59,161 nucleotides of DNA from an uncultured Bacteroidales bacterium. Its GTDB lineage: Bacteria; Bacteroidota; Bacteroidia; Bacteroidales; CAIWKO01. Made by a program: the position numbers and the translations under genes. Shown in pieces: positions 37,252 through 46,946 of this stretch (the stretch's first letter is position 1; each line of letters starts with the position of its first letter). The notes under the pieces were generated by a model. That model worked only from the letters and a program-made list of their open reading frames with translations, searched no databases and was not told where the DNA came from. The stretch is from NCBI GenBank assembly GCA_964567775.1, contig CAZMPB010000001.1, positions 1 through 59,161 of the forward strand. The letters are read 5' to 3'.

Positions 37252-38007
37252 TTACATGCCACCGTCAACCCTTATAACTTGTCCATTGACAAACGACGCC
37301 AAATCAGAGGCAAGGAACAGAGCCATATTAGCAATTTCTTCAGGTTTTGCTAATCTTTTCATAGCACTATCACCTACCAATATTTCTTTTGCTTTTTTCT
37401 CCATTTGGGTAGCCATTTCTGTGGCAGTTAATCCCGGAGCAATGGCATTTATCCTGATATTGTATGGTGCGAATTCCATTGCTAACGTTTTTGTTGCATA
37501 TATCAGTGCCGCCTTGCTGGATCCATATGCAGAGTAACCCGGATAGCCATCCATTCCCACTACTGATGCCATATTAACTATGCTGCCACATTTTTGTCTC
37601 ATCATTAGTCTGGAAACTAATTGTATTATCATGAGTTGGGAGAAAAAATTTATCTCAAACACCTCTTTAATTGTTTTCAAAGTAGTCATTTGTAAAAAGC
37701 CACCATGGGCAACACCAGCATTATTTACCAATATATCGATTCTACACCTTTCATCAATGAGTTTTTTAAGTGATTCTTTTATCTCAATTTCATTTGCTAA
37801 ATCAAAATATATTGGCCGAACAGTTACGCCATATTTTTCAGAGGTGTCGTTGAGAAAAGCTTGATGTTCTTTTGTCTCTTTTCTTGCACATGCTATAACA
37901 GATGCGCCATTCAAGGCAAAAGTTTCAACAATGGTTTTCCCAATCCCCCGATTGCTGCCAGTTATAAGAGCTGTTTTATCAGTCAATATATTATTAGATG
38001 ACAACAT
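37252..38007 (-). CDS. SDR-family oxidoreductase (FabG-like ketoreductase)
   Basis: ALITGSNRGIGKTI (TGxxxGxG), NNAG, and the catalytic YSAYGSSKAA (Y-x3-K). Confidence 0.85.
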   Translation of the reverse strand: MLSSNNILTDKTALITGSNRGIGKTIVETFALNGASVIACARKETKEHQAFLNDTSEKYGVTVRPIYFDLANEIEIKESLKKLIDERCRIDILVNNAGVAHGGFLQMTTLKTIKEVFEINFFSQLMIIQLVSRLMMRQKCGSIVNMASVVGMDGYPGYSAYGSSKAALIYATKTLAMEFAPYNIRINAIAPGLTATEMATQMEKKAKEILVGDSAMKRLAKPEEIANMALFLASDLASFVNGQVIRVDGGM

Positions 38008-38230
38008 GGTATTTCTTTAAAATTTCTTTTCCTTTTTCGTACGATGAAAAATCAATAATATCATCCGTATCCATCATTATATCAAAAGCTTCTTCCAGGG
38101 AAGCAATCAAGCCCATGTGTCCTACCGAATCCCATGCGGGAATTGATTGGTAGGTCAAAGTGGATATTTGTGAATCGTTTGCTTGAAAATTTGTAAAAAA
38201 TACTTCGTTATATTTATCTAAATTTGTCAT
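37994..38230 (-). CDS. Acyl carrier protein (78 aa)
   Basis: AWDSVGHMGLI carries the DS(V/L) phosphopantetheinylation motif. It is the first gene of the minus-strand operon. Confidence 0.75.
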   Translation of the reverse strand: MTNLDKYNEVFFTNFQANDSQISTLTYQSIPAWDSVGHMGLIASLEEAFDIMMDTDDIIDFSSYEKGKEILKKYHVVI

Positions 38231-38426
38231 TGAATATTAAACTTTAATGATAATATTAATTAACAAAAGTATTAAAAAATGGGATAAACTTGTTCCTTTA
38301 TCTAAAAATTATTGGATCAATTCTCAACCAAATAAAAACATAATGCTAATTTGTAAAACAAGAAACATCCAGTATTATTATAAGATGTTTTTTAAAAAAT
38401 AAAAGAACTAAATATTTTTTTATAAA

Positions 38427-39503
38427 ATGAGTATAAAAATCATTCAAATAGATTTATCGACTGAAGATTTAAGTTTAATCGATTTTCTCAATATAAATGT
38501 CAATGATAATATTCGTCATCATACGTTTAAATGGCAATATACCGAAGCTCCACATGATGTTATATTCTTTATGGTAAAAGATGACGATAAGATTATCTCA
38601 ACAGCCTCCTTCATACCCTATAGTTTGTTGTTTGATAAGGAATTTTTTTTAACTGCAAAAGGAGAAAGCTTCTTCCTTGATCCAGATTATCGTTCTACCC
38701 CAATTTTTCCAGCCGTTTATAAGAAAGGATTAATTGAATGTGAAAAAAAAAATATGTCAGTGGTTTGGGGGTTTTCTCCAATATATAAATTTTTTTTAGG
38801 GAAAACGCTTTTCCATGTTTATGGGGATATCATGTTTGATTTTAGAGCTATAGTGGGAATGAAGAAGCTATCAGATTTTAGTTTTGACAGCCAGATAATT
38901 CTAAGATACCCCAAACATTTGGCAAGTTTTTTAATTTCAGGTTTTTTACATTGGAAGTCGAAAATGATATCAAGGTACAAATCCAAAATAAATGAATATT
39001 CAGTAAAAGAAAAATTACCAGACACTTCTCTAATAAATGATTTGTTTGCCAAAATTCCAGGTGTTGAGAATATTGTCAGATTAGATATGGATAATTCATT
39101 TTTGGAGTGGCGAGTATATAATAATCCCAATCTAATTTATAAGACTCATTTCTTTTTTAAAAATAATGTTTTGGAGGGTTTTTATTTTTATAGTATAAAT
39201 GAAAAAAAACTTTGCGTTCAATTAGTTGAATTTGTTTTTATCAATAATAATACAGGAAATGTAATGGCCTGTCATTTAATAAACAAAATGAAAAAAGAAA
39301 AAGCCTCATTTTTGGAATATTTCGGGAATATAAAAAACAAAGTGAATTTGATGGCTTTTTCTATACTACAAAAACATGTTTTTGGAAAAATATATTTGAA
39401 CAAAGGAATGGATTTTATTCAAAAAATCACACCAGAAACAAAAAATTTTCCAATTGAAAATTGGTATATAAATGGATTATGGACACAGGGATATGACCGG
39501 TAA
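38427..39503 (+). CDS. GNAT-like protein, long form (358 aa), paralog group member 2 with a degenerate motif A
   Basis: The layout matches 25720, 46947 and 50135 (GESFFLDPDYRSTPIFPAVYKKG). The position of the usual R-x-x-G-x-(G/A) reads RSTPIF. Very AT-rich gene. Confidence 0.4.
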   Translation: MSIKIIQIDLSTEDLSLIDFLNINVNDNIRHHTFKWQYTEAPHDVIFFMVKDDDKIISTASFIPYSLLFDKEFFLTAKGESFFLDPDYRSTPIFPAVYKKGLIECEKKNMSVVWGFSPIYKFFLGKTLFHVYGDIMFDFRAIVGMKKLSDFSFDSQIILRYPKHLASFLISGFLHWKSKMISRYKSKINEYSVKEKLPDTSLINDLFAKIPGVENIVRLDMDNSFLEWRVYNNPNLIYKTHFFFKNNVLEGFYFYSINEKKLCVQLVEFVFINNNTGNVMACHLINKMKKEKASFLEYFGNIKNKVNLMAFSILQKHVFGKIYLNKGMDFIQKITPETKNFPIENWYINGLWTQGYDR

Positions 39504-39619
39504 TGATTCTTGAAATGGCAAAACCGGCACATGTCAACATTGGTTTTTTAGAAAAAGTTTCATATAAAATTTTGATAATCGCGCAATTTAACTGTGCAGA
39601 AATGAATTGGCATTTAAGA

Positions 39620-41284
39620 TTAATCAGAATATATTTTTATTTGTAAATTAATTTTATCCAGGTTTTTTCTCTCCATGATACCATAGCCTTCAAATTGATA
39701 TGCTTTAAAGGTTAGAAAGTGTGGTTTTACTGCGATTAAGTGATAATTTTTTTCCGGAGTATAAGGATGGTATTCACTAAAGGGGTAAGGGCAATAATAT
39801 GGAAAAAAATTTAGAATAATTATATTATTAGGCAATAGATTTTTTCTTTCAAAGCCTCGGGAATGGTATATTACCTCTTCTATTTGTGAATCTAGATCGT
39901 CAAATTCAAATACGCTTTTTATTTTTTTCAAATCATATTTTTTACTTAAATCCCATACAATGTCCCGTGGATAGCCTAACGATTTATAGGTTAAAAAATT
40001 AACACTAAATTGAATTATAAATATTATTGATATTAAAAATAAAATTAAATTCCTTTTCCTAGTTATTTTATCTAATAAAAATTTTATTGAAAATATAGCG
40101 AAGATGATAAAAAACAAAATATATTGATGTACTAATCTTCCATAGAAAACCATTTTGTGAAAAAAATAACCTGAAGACGCATAAGCTAAAAAAATTACTA
40201 TTACTAAAGAGCCTAATAATAATAAGTCTGAATTATTTTTTAAAAAATTATTGTTTAGTATGGGTTTATTTAATATTTTTTCTTTTATATAAGGCATAAT
40301 TTGATATATTAAAATAATACAAAATAGTACTAACCCTATAATAATAATTACGCCATTAATATGCTCAACACTATAAAGGTACTTTATTATAAATGAAAAT
40401 GATTCCTCAAATGAGCCATTGTCTATCGTTTTGGATAGCCATAATGAATCTGATATTAATGATCTCCCACCCAATCGCGATGCCACTTCAAAAAGAAAAA
40501 GGCAAATAATGCTGCCCAGAAAATAAAAAAAGGCGTATTGTGTTTTTTTTAAAATATTTGCTTTTGATAAGCAATTAAAAAAGAAAAAAAGAAAACAAAC
40601 AAGAAACAATGTAAAATAACCAGGATAAACCAAAAATCCAAAAAATGAAATCAAGCCTAAAAGCAGAGATTTAAATGAAGTCAGGCTTTCATTTTTCTCA
40701 TATTTAAATGTTTTAAACAACACATAAAGCAAGATTAACAAACTTGCATCATAAGGATATGCGTGCCTCAGATAAATATATGAATTAGTTAATGTACAAT
40801 ATATTAGAACACATAAAAGAGAAAGAAGGGTATCTTTTAGTAAAAATTTTGCTATTTTATAAAAAAGTAAAAGAATAAAACAATAAATGATGAAATTATG
40901 AAGGAATAATGGATAATTGTTTTTTGTTTCATAATAATAAAGTTTAAAGATGCAGGCAGTTACATATTGAATTGCATTTGGCAATAAATTGACTATTGCA
41001 CTGGCCGGCCGGCCTTTTGTTAAAAAAATCGAATTAATAGCAGAATCTATTTTTAATTCTGAAGCATATTTCAATGCTGTTCCGGATGTCGTATAAAGGT
41101 TGTCATCATCGTTAGCCTTGAAGCCAGGGCCTATTAATCCAAGTTTAATAATGGTAATTATTATAATACTTGCAACTAGCAAATATTTTAATGGTTCTTG
41201 CTGAAATTTATTTATCGCATTAGATAAGACAAATCTAATCTTATTTGAGAAGGTTTTTTTATAGTTAATATTTTGGAATACCAT
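39620..41284 (-). CDS. Polytopic membrane protein with C-terminal soluble domain (GT-C-like candidate), tandem paralog 1
   Basis: 554 aa. It has an acidic FKANDDDNLY loop after TM1, more than 10 TM helices and a C-terminal ~130 aa hydrophilic domain. Highly similar to 41417-43084. Confidence 0.45.
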   Translation of the reverse strand: MVFQNINYKKTFSNKIRFVLSNAINKFQQEPLKYLLVASIIIITIIKLGLIGPGFKANDDDNLYTTSGTALKYASELKIDSAINSIFLTKGRPASAIVNLLPNAIQYVTACIFKLYYYETKNNYPLFLHNFIIYCFILLLFYKIAKFLLKDTLLSLLCVLIYCTLTNSYIYLRHAYPYDASLLILLYVLFKTFKYEKNESLTSFKSLLLGLISFFGFLVYPGYFTLFLVCFLFFFFNCLSKANILKKTQYAFFYFLGSIICLFLFEVASRLGGRSLISDSLWLSKTIDNGSFEESFSFIIKYLYSVEHINGVIIIIGLVLFCIILIYQIMPYIKEKILNKPILNNNFLKNNSDLLLLGSLVIVIFLAYASSGYFFHKMVFYGRLVHQYILFFIIFAIFSIKFLLDKITRKRNLILFLISIIFIIQFSVNFLTYKSLGYPRDIVWDLSKKYDLKKIKSVFEFDDLDSQIEEVIYHSRGFERKNLLPNNIIILNFFPYYCPYPFSEYHPYTPEKNYHLIAVKPHFLTFKAYQFEGYGIMERKNLDKINLQIKIYSD

Positions 41285-41416
41285 ATCGTTTTTGTTTTAA
41301 AATTTCAGAAAAATAATTTAATAAAATAAATGGCCTATATTAATAGGTATTATAGAATGAAATATTTTTATTTAACTTTCAAAGACCTGTTTAGCTCTGG
41401 CTTGTCCAGGATAGAA

Positions 41417-43084
41417 TTAATCAGAATATATTTTTATTTGTAAATTAATTTTTTCCAGGTTTTTTCTCTCCATGATACCATAGCCTTCAAATTGATATGC
41501 TTTAAAGGTTAGAAAGTGTGGTTTTACTGCGATTAAGTGATAATTTTTTTCCGGAGTATAAGGATGGTATTCACTAAAGTCGTATGGACAATTATATTCA
41601 AAACAGTTTAGAATAATTATATTATTAGGTAATAGATTTTTCCTTTCAAAGTAACGGGAATGATACATTACCGCTTCAACTTGTGAATATTGATCGTCAA
41701 ATTCAAATACGCTTTTTATTTTTTTTAAATCATATTTTTTACTTAAATCCCAAACAATATCCCGTGGATAACCTAACGATTTGTAGGTTGAAAAATTAAC
41801 ACTAAATTGAATAATAAATAATATTGATATTAAAAATAAAATTAAATTCTTTTTCTTGGTTATTTTATCTAATAAATAATTTATAGAAAATACAGCAAAG
41901 ATGATTAAAAACAAAATATATTGATGTACTAATCTTCCATAGAAAACCATTTTATGAAAAAAATAACCACTGGATGCAAAAGCTAAAAAAATAACTATTA
42001 TTAAAGATCCCAACAATAATAAGTCTGAATTAATTCTTATAAATTTATTTTGGGGAATAGGTTTATCCGAAAATTTATTATTATTTATATAAAATCTAAT
42101 ATTATATAATAGAATAAAACAAAAGAGTGCTAACCCTATGATAATAATTATACCATTAATATGCTCAACACTAAAAAGGTACTTTATTATAAATGAAAAT
42201 GATTCCTCAAATGAGCCATTGTCTATAGTATTGGATAGGGTTAATGCATCCGATATTAATGATCTCCCACCCAATCGCGATGCCACTTCAAAAAGGAAAA
42301 GGCAAATAATGCTGCCCAGAAAATAAAAAAAGGCGTATTGTGTTTTTTTAAAAATATTTGCTTTTGACAAGCAATTAAAAAAGAAAAAAAGAAAGCAAAC
42401 AAGAAACAATGTAAAATAACCAGGATAAACCAAAAATCCAAAAAATGAAATCAAGCCTAAAAGCAGAGATTTAAATGAAGTCAGGCTTTCATTTTTCTCA
42501 TATTTAAATGTTTTAAACAACACATAAAGCAAGATTAACAAACTTGCATCATAAGGATATGCGTGCCTCAGATAAATATATGAATTAGTTAATGTACAAT
42601 ATATTAGAACACATAAAAGAGAAAGAAGGGTATCTTTTAGTAAAAATTTTGCTATTTTATAAAAAAGTATAAGAATGAAACAATAAATGATGAAATTATA
42701 AATAAATAATGGATAATTGTTTTTTGTTTCATAATAATAAAGATTAAAGATACGGGCAGTAACATATTGAATGGCATTTGGCACTAAATTAATTATTGAA
42801 CTGGCTGGTCTGCCTTTTGTTAAAAAAATCGAATTAATGGCAGAATCTATTTTAAATTCGGATATATATTTTAATGCTGTACCAGACGTTGTATAAAGAT
42901 TTTCATCATCGTTATGTTTGAAACCAGGCCCCATTAATCCAAGTTTAATAATGGTAATTATTATAATACTTGCGAAAATCAAATGTTTTAATGGTTGTTG
43001 CCTGAACTTTTTAAGAGCATTGGATAAGGTAAGTTTAATTTTATTTGAGAAAGTTTTTTTATGGTTAATAATTGGGGATGACAT
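41417..43084 (-). CDS. Polytopic membrane protein with C-terminal soluble domain (GT-C-like candidate), tandem paralog 2
   Basis: 555 aa with an FKHNDDENLY loop. It has long stretches of nucleotide identity with paralog 1. Confidence 0.45.
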   Translation of the reverse strand: MSSPIINHKKTFSNKIKLTLSNALKKFRQQPLKHLIFASIIIITIIKLGLMGPGFKHNDDENLYTTSGTALKYISEFKIDSAINSIFLTKGRPASSIINLVPNAIQYVTARIFNLYYYETKNNYPLFIYNFIIYCFILILFYKIAKFLLKDTLLSLLCVLIYCTLTNSYIYLRHAYPYDASLLILLYVLFKTFKYEKNESLTSFKSLLLGLISFFGFLVYPGYFTLFLVCFLFFFFNCLSKANIFKKTQYAFFYFLGSIICLFLFEVASRLGGRSLISDALTLSNTIDNGSFEESFSFIIKYLFSVEHINGIIIIIGLALFCFILLYNIRFYINNNKFSDKPIPQNKFIRINSDLLLLGSLIIVIFLAFASSGYFFHKMVFYGRLVHQYILFLIIFAVFSINYLLDKITKKKNLILFLISILFIIQFSVNFSTYKSLGYPRDIVWDLSKKYDLKKIKSVFEFDDQYSQVEAVMYHSRYFERKNLLPNNIIILNCFEYNCPYDFSEYHPYTPEKNYHLIAVKPHFLTFKAYQFEGYGIMERKNLEKINLQIKIYSD

Positions 43085-43184
43085 ATCGTTTTTGTTTTTA
43101 AATTTTAGAAAACTTATTGATGGTTAATAATATATTGGGGCAAATTAGTTATACCTCTTAAAAAAATTATTGTAAAAATAATGA

Positions 43185-44252
43185 TTAACAAATGTCTTCA
43201 TAAAATTTCGTCTTAATATTATTATCATTCCACCATTTATAAATTTTCTCCCCGGAAGTAAGCCAAGCTCCTTTTGAAGAACAATATTCCAAAATTTTGA
43301 TATATAAATTTAAATTATTTTCAGTGAAATAGGTATTATGCCACAACAGATTAAAAACGCCACCCACACTCTCGGTCTTATCAATAAAATCCTTCACATA
43401 TTTCCACGAATTTTCAGAATCAAGTTGCATGTATCTGTCCAATGTGCAATCCATAATAATTAATGGAATGGCAAGAATATCAATATACTCATTTTTCGCT
43501 GAATTATATGGAGTAAATGGATGACATAACCCATTTCTAAATCCGGAAACATCATTATATCCATAGGATGCATCATATTTAAAACCGGCTTTAGACTGAA
43601 TTTCCCATGTTTCAGGATTTTTAAATTTGAGAAAATGGTTTCTGATACCAATTACTTTGCTGTTAATGGTGTTTTCTAGTTTTTGTTTTTCCTGTGAAAG
43701 TTTTTTCAGATCATTATAGGCAAGGTGTCCCGCGTGTAAACCAATTTCCGAATCATTTTCTTTTATTTTTCTTAACACATCTTTTACCTCGTCAATGTTA
43801 TAATTAAAATCCTTTTCGCCCTTATCAAGAGCCAGGAAAAAGAAAGTCGAATTAGCCTGGTATCTTTTTTCTATCTCCAAAATGTTTTGAATATTAAAAT
43901 ATGGGCTATTTCTTTTATTAAAAAGATTTGATAAGGTTGATGAGAATTTATTTAAACTGCCCCTTGAAATACCCTTGACGGCATTCTTTAATATTTCATT
44001 GTTCGGAACAAAAAGCTGATCAATATCATGGGTAAGACAAACGGCAAATTTTTTGTTTCCCGGATATTTAACATTTAACTTATTTTTTTTAAATAAATAT
44101 ACCGAAACAACTGGATTATCAATTTTTAGTGGCGATAAGGCAGCAGTGTTTCTTTGATGAATATCCGTAATTTCCTGATCGTATTCATCTTGTCTGGTAA
44201 ATACTTTTTTTAAATCAAAGAGGGATTCCATTCTTTTAAAATATTTATACAA
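43185..44252 (-). CDS. Polysaccharide-deacetylase-like (CE4-superfamily) protein
   Basis: FAVCLTHDIDQL, IGLHAGHLAY and NLLWHNTYF resemble the Asp/His metal-site blocks of divergent CE4 proteins. Confidence 0.5.
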   Translation of the reverse strand: MYKYFKRMESLFDLKKVFTRQDEYDQEITDIHQRNTAALSPLKIDNPVVSVYLFKKNKLNVKYPGNKKFAVCLTHDIDQLFVPNNEILKNAVKGISRGSLNKFSSTLSNLFNKRNSPYFNIQNILEIEKRYQANSTFFFLALDKGEKDFNYNIDEVKDVLRKIKENDSEIGLHAGHLAYNDLKKLSQEKQKLENTINSKVIGIRNHFLKFKNPETWEIQSKAGFKYDASYGYNDVSGFRNGLCHPFTPYNSAKNEYIDILAIPLIIMDCTLDRYMQLDSENSWKYVKDFIDKTESVGGVFNLLWHNTYFTENNLNLYIKILEYCSSKGAWLTSGEKIYKWWNDNNIKTKFYEDIC

Positions 44253-44609
44253 ACGTAAATAAATTTTTTTGAAAACTTTCTATTTCTGAAAATCAACAAA
44301 AGATTTATCATTGCCATTATAATCATAGCTAATGATATTATATTAATTCGTGAAACAAGCACCATTAATTCACAAGAAACTATATTGATTCTCCCTGCCT
44401 TTTTTATTTAGCGTCCATGAGTAACATAACAATTATATGTTTTTTCATCCTGTATTTCACAAAAGGGAATCTTTCCGTAAAGAAAACTAAATGCTTTACA
44501 ACATTCAAAAAAATGGTAATTTTGAACAATACTTTTATTTGATATTAAAATCATTAGATTTCTTTTTTAAGAACTTCTATTTCTTTATTTATTTTGTAAA
44601 AAAACAGAT

Positions 44610-45647
44610 TTGAAAAAAAATATCCTGCTGACGTTCGACTACGAGTTGTTTCTTGGCCAAAGAAGCGGAACCGTGGATAATTGTCTGATCATTCCTTCTT
44701 ACAGAATCCTTGAAATATTAAATTCAAACAATGCTAAAGCAATTTTTTTTATTGACACCACCTATTTGTTCAGGTTGGAAGAATTAAGCCATACTAATAA
44801 ACGTGCTTATAGCGATTTTGAAAAAATAAAAAAACAGTTGAATGATATTGCAGTTGGCGGGCATTACCTGTTTCATCATATACATCCACACTGGCTCGAC
44901 GCGCAGTACCTCGAAGACATCAATCAATGGAATCTTTCAAATACCGATAGATTTGCTTTTACCATATTAGATGACGCTGAAAAAGATTTATTATTTACAT
45001 ATTCTGATGGTTTTCTCTCCGAAATCTACAAGCAGGCAGGTTCTACAAATAATTGTAATGGTTTTAGAGCAGGCGGACTGTTCATTGTGCCATTCACTTG
45101 TTTTAAGCCATATTTTGAAAAATTTAATATCGGTAATGATTTCAGTGTTTCTCCTGGCGATAAAATAATTGGAGATAAGTGGGGCTATGATTTTTCAAAT
45201 TGCCCCTCAAATCGTGTTTATAGTTTTTATGATCAAGTATCCCTTGAAAACAAAGACAAGAAATTTTGTGAATTTCCTATATCAAAAATTAAAATTAAGG
45301 GAATAACAAAGTTTTTAAACTCGGTCTATTATAGAGTTGGATTAAAAATGCCCCAAAACATCATTCATGGTGATGGCCAGTCTGTTGCCGATGTTACCGG
45401 TATCACTTTGCCGCCAAGGCCATTAAAAAACTACTTTAGCGTGGATTTGAATATTAGTGTTGAAATGCTTAATATGGCCTTAATTCGGTCATATAAAAAA
45501 GTAATAAAACAAAGGCATTATATACATTTTTTGTCTCATCCCAAATTGGTTTCTGAATTTAGTTTGCGATCATTTAACAGGCTGTTGAAATTTTGCAATA
45601 AAAATTTTGACTGCGAATACGACTTTGCAAGATTTGACAAGCTATGA
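44610..45647 (+). CDS. Polysaccharide-deacetylase-like protein (divergent)
   Basis: ILLTFDYELFLG, AKAIFFIDT and HIHPHW. TTG start as given in the ORF track; no in-frame ATG lies nearby. Confidence 0.4.
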   Translation: MKKNILLTFDYELFLGQRSGTVDNCLIIPSYRILEILNSNNAKAIFFIDTTYLFRLEELSHTNKRAYSDFEKIKKQLNDIAVGGHYLFHHIHPHWLDAQYLEDINQWNLSNTDRFAFTILDDAEKDLLFTYSDGFLSEIYKQAGSTNNCNGFRAGGLFIVPFTCFKPYFEKFNIGNDFSVSPGDKIIGDKWGYDFSNCPSNRVYSFYDQVSLENKDKKFCEFPISKIKIKGITKFLNSVYYRVGLKMPQNIIHGDGQSVADVTGITLPPRPLKNYFSVDLNISVEMLNMALIRSYKKVIKQRHYIHFLSHPKLVSEFSLRSFNRLLKFCNKNFDCEYDFARFDKL

Positions 45648-46942
45648 AAAAAGTCCTCATCATTTCTTACTTTTTTCCGCCCTCCACGTTCACGGGGAGT
45701 TTCAGAATTTATTCCTGGGCCAAATACCTGTCGCGCTTTGGCTGGTATCCCATCGTAGTTACCCGCCGCTGGGACTTCCCGGTGAACAATTACAAAGACA
45801 TGTCGGCCACTACCTCCGGCGAGATCGTCCATCAGAAATTTGAAAACTATGAGGTCTACTTTCTCCCATATAAGGGCAACCTCAGAGACCGCCTGCACGA
45901 AAAATACGGCGAAAGAAAAATGGTCACATTCCGTAAGATACTGTCGTTTTTTGAAGTGATAGCTCAGAATTTTACCACGCGGGTAGTCCCGTTCAGAAAT
46001 TTGTACACATTTTCTGACGGCCTTTTAAAACAGGACACCGGCATCAAAGGCATCATCACCTCCGGCAAGCCCTACGTGTTGTTTTCTTTTTGCCACAAGC
46101 TGTCGAAAAAACACCATATCCCCTGGGTGGCCGACTACCGCGACGACTGGAGCACCAGCCAGTGGCTGACCAACTTGTCGCTGCGCGACAGGCTGATCAC
46201 CGCCCTCGAAAAAAGAAGCGAAACCAAATGGCTTGCAAACGCCTGCGGCTTTACGACCATTTCGCCGGCTTACGTTAAACTGATCGCTGACTTTATCGAA
46301 AAACCCGGGTATTCCATCATGAACGGTTTTGACCCCGACGATTATGCCGGCCTGCCCGAAACAAGCAACAATAAGACTTTTACCATAGTATTCAACGGCA
46401 CGTTGTATGAATCGCAGCCTGTGGAATTTTTTACCGAAGCATTCCGAAATTTTGTTCACACGGCAGCCCCCGTGGGCAGTATAAAGTTGATGTTTCTCGG
46501 ACTGAATTTTGAGAAACAACAGGCAGATCGTGTCCGCGGACTTTTAAAGGGATTGGAATCTTATTACGAGATCACCGACAGGGTGGAAAAGAAAAAGGCC
46601 CTCGAGATCATGTCGTCGGCCCATGTATTCCTGATGTTTTCTCATACCGGCATCAAGGGGGTAACATCGAGCAAGATCTTTGACTATCTGGCCATTGGGA
46701 AGCCTTTAATATTAAGCCCTTCCGACCATGAGATCCTTGAAGAGATTATCACGACAACACATTCCGGATTTATTTGTGATACATCTGAAAAAATATTGAT
46801 AATTTTGAAGGCTCTTTTCGACGAATATATTTCAACGGGAAAAATAGCCGACAAAAGAGATTTAAAGGCAATAGCACATTATTCAAGAATTGAGCAGACG
46901 GAAAAATTAGCTAAAGCGCTGGATACTCTTTTAATTGATTAG
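45644..46942 (+). CDS. Glycosyltransferase, GT4-like (GT-B fold)
   Basis: MKKVLIISYFFPPSTFTGSFRIYSWAKYL is a typical GT4 N-terminus. The C-terminal half has a Rossmann-like pattern. Noticeably GC-richer than its neighbours. Confidence 0.6.
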   Translation: MKKVLIISYFFPPSTFTGSFRIYSWAKYLSRFGWYPIVVTRRWDFPVNNYKDMSATTSGEIVHQKFENYEVYFLPYKGNLRDRLHEKYGERKMVTFRKILSFFEVIAQNFTTRVVPFRNLYTFSDGLLKQDTGIKGIITSGKPYVLFSFCHKLSKKHHIPWVADYRDDWSTSQWLTNLSLRDRLITALEKRSETKWLANACGFTTISPAYVKLIADFIEKPGYSIMNGFDPDDYAGLPETSNNKTFTIVFNGTLYESQPVEFFTEAFRNFVHTAAPVGSIKLMFLGLNFEKQQADRVRGLLKGLESYYEITDRVEKKKALEIMSSAHVFLMFSHTGIKGVTSSKIFDYLAIGKPLILSPSDHEILEEIITTTHSGFICDTSEKILIILKALFDEYISTGKIADKRDLKAIAHYSRIEQTEKLAKALDTLLID

Positions 46943-46946
46943 CTTA

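Larger units (their letters stand above)
39618..43115. repeat. Direct tandem duplication, unit ~1.8 kb (gene plus ~30 nt of upstream sequence)
   Basis: 39618... and 41415... both begin attaatcagaatatatttttatttgtaaattaatttt. 40621-40869 is identical base for base to 42421-42669. Confidence 0.9.

Noticed and set aside
45536-46519. Antisense ORFs of 120 and 164 aa, and 62-78 aa sense-strand alternate-frame ORFs, in the GT4-like gene region.
   Set aside because: They are expected by-products of the locally high GC content. The plus-strand 432-aa frame has a typical GT4 N-terminus and is translationally coupled to its neighbours.
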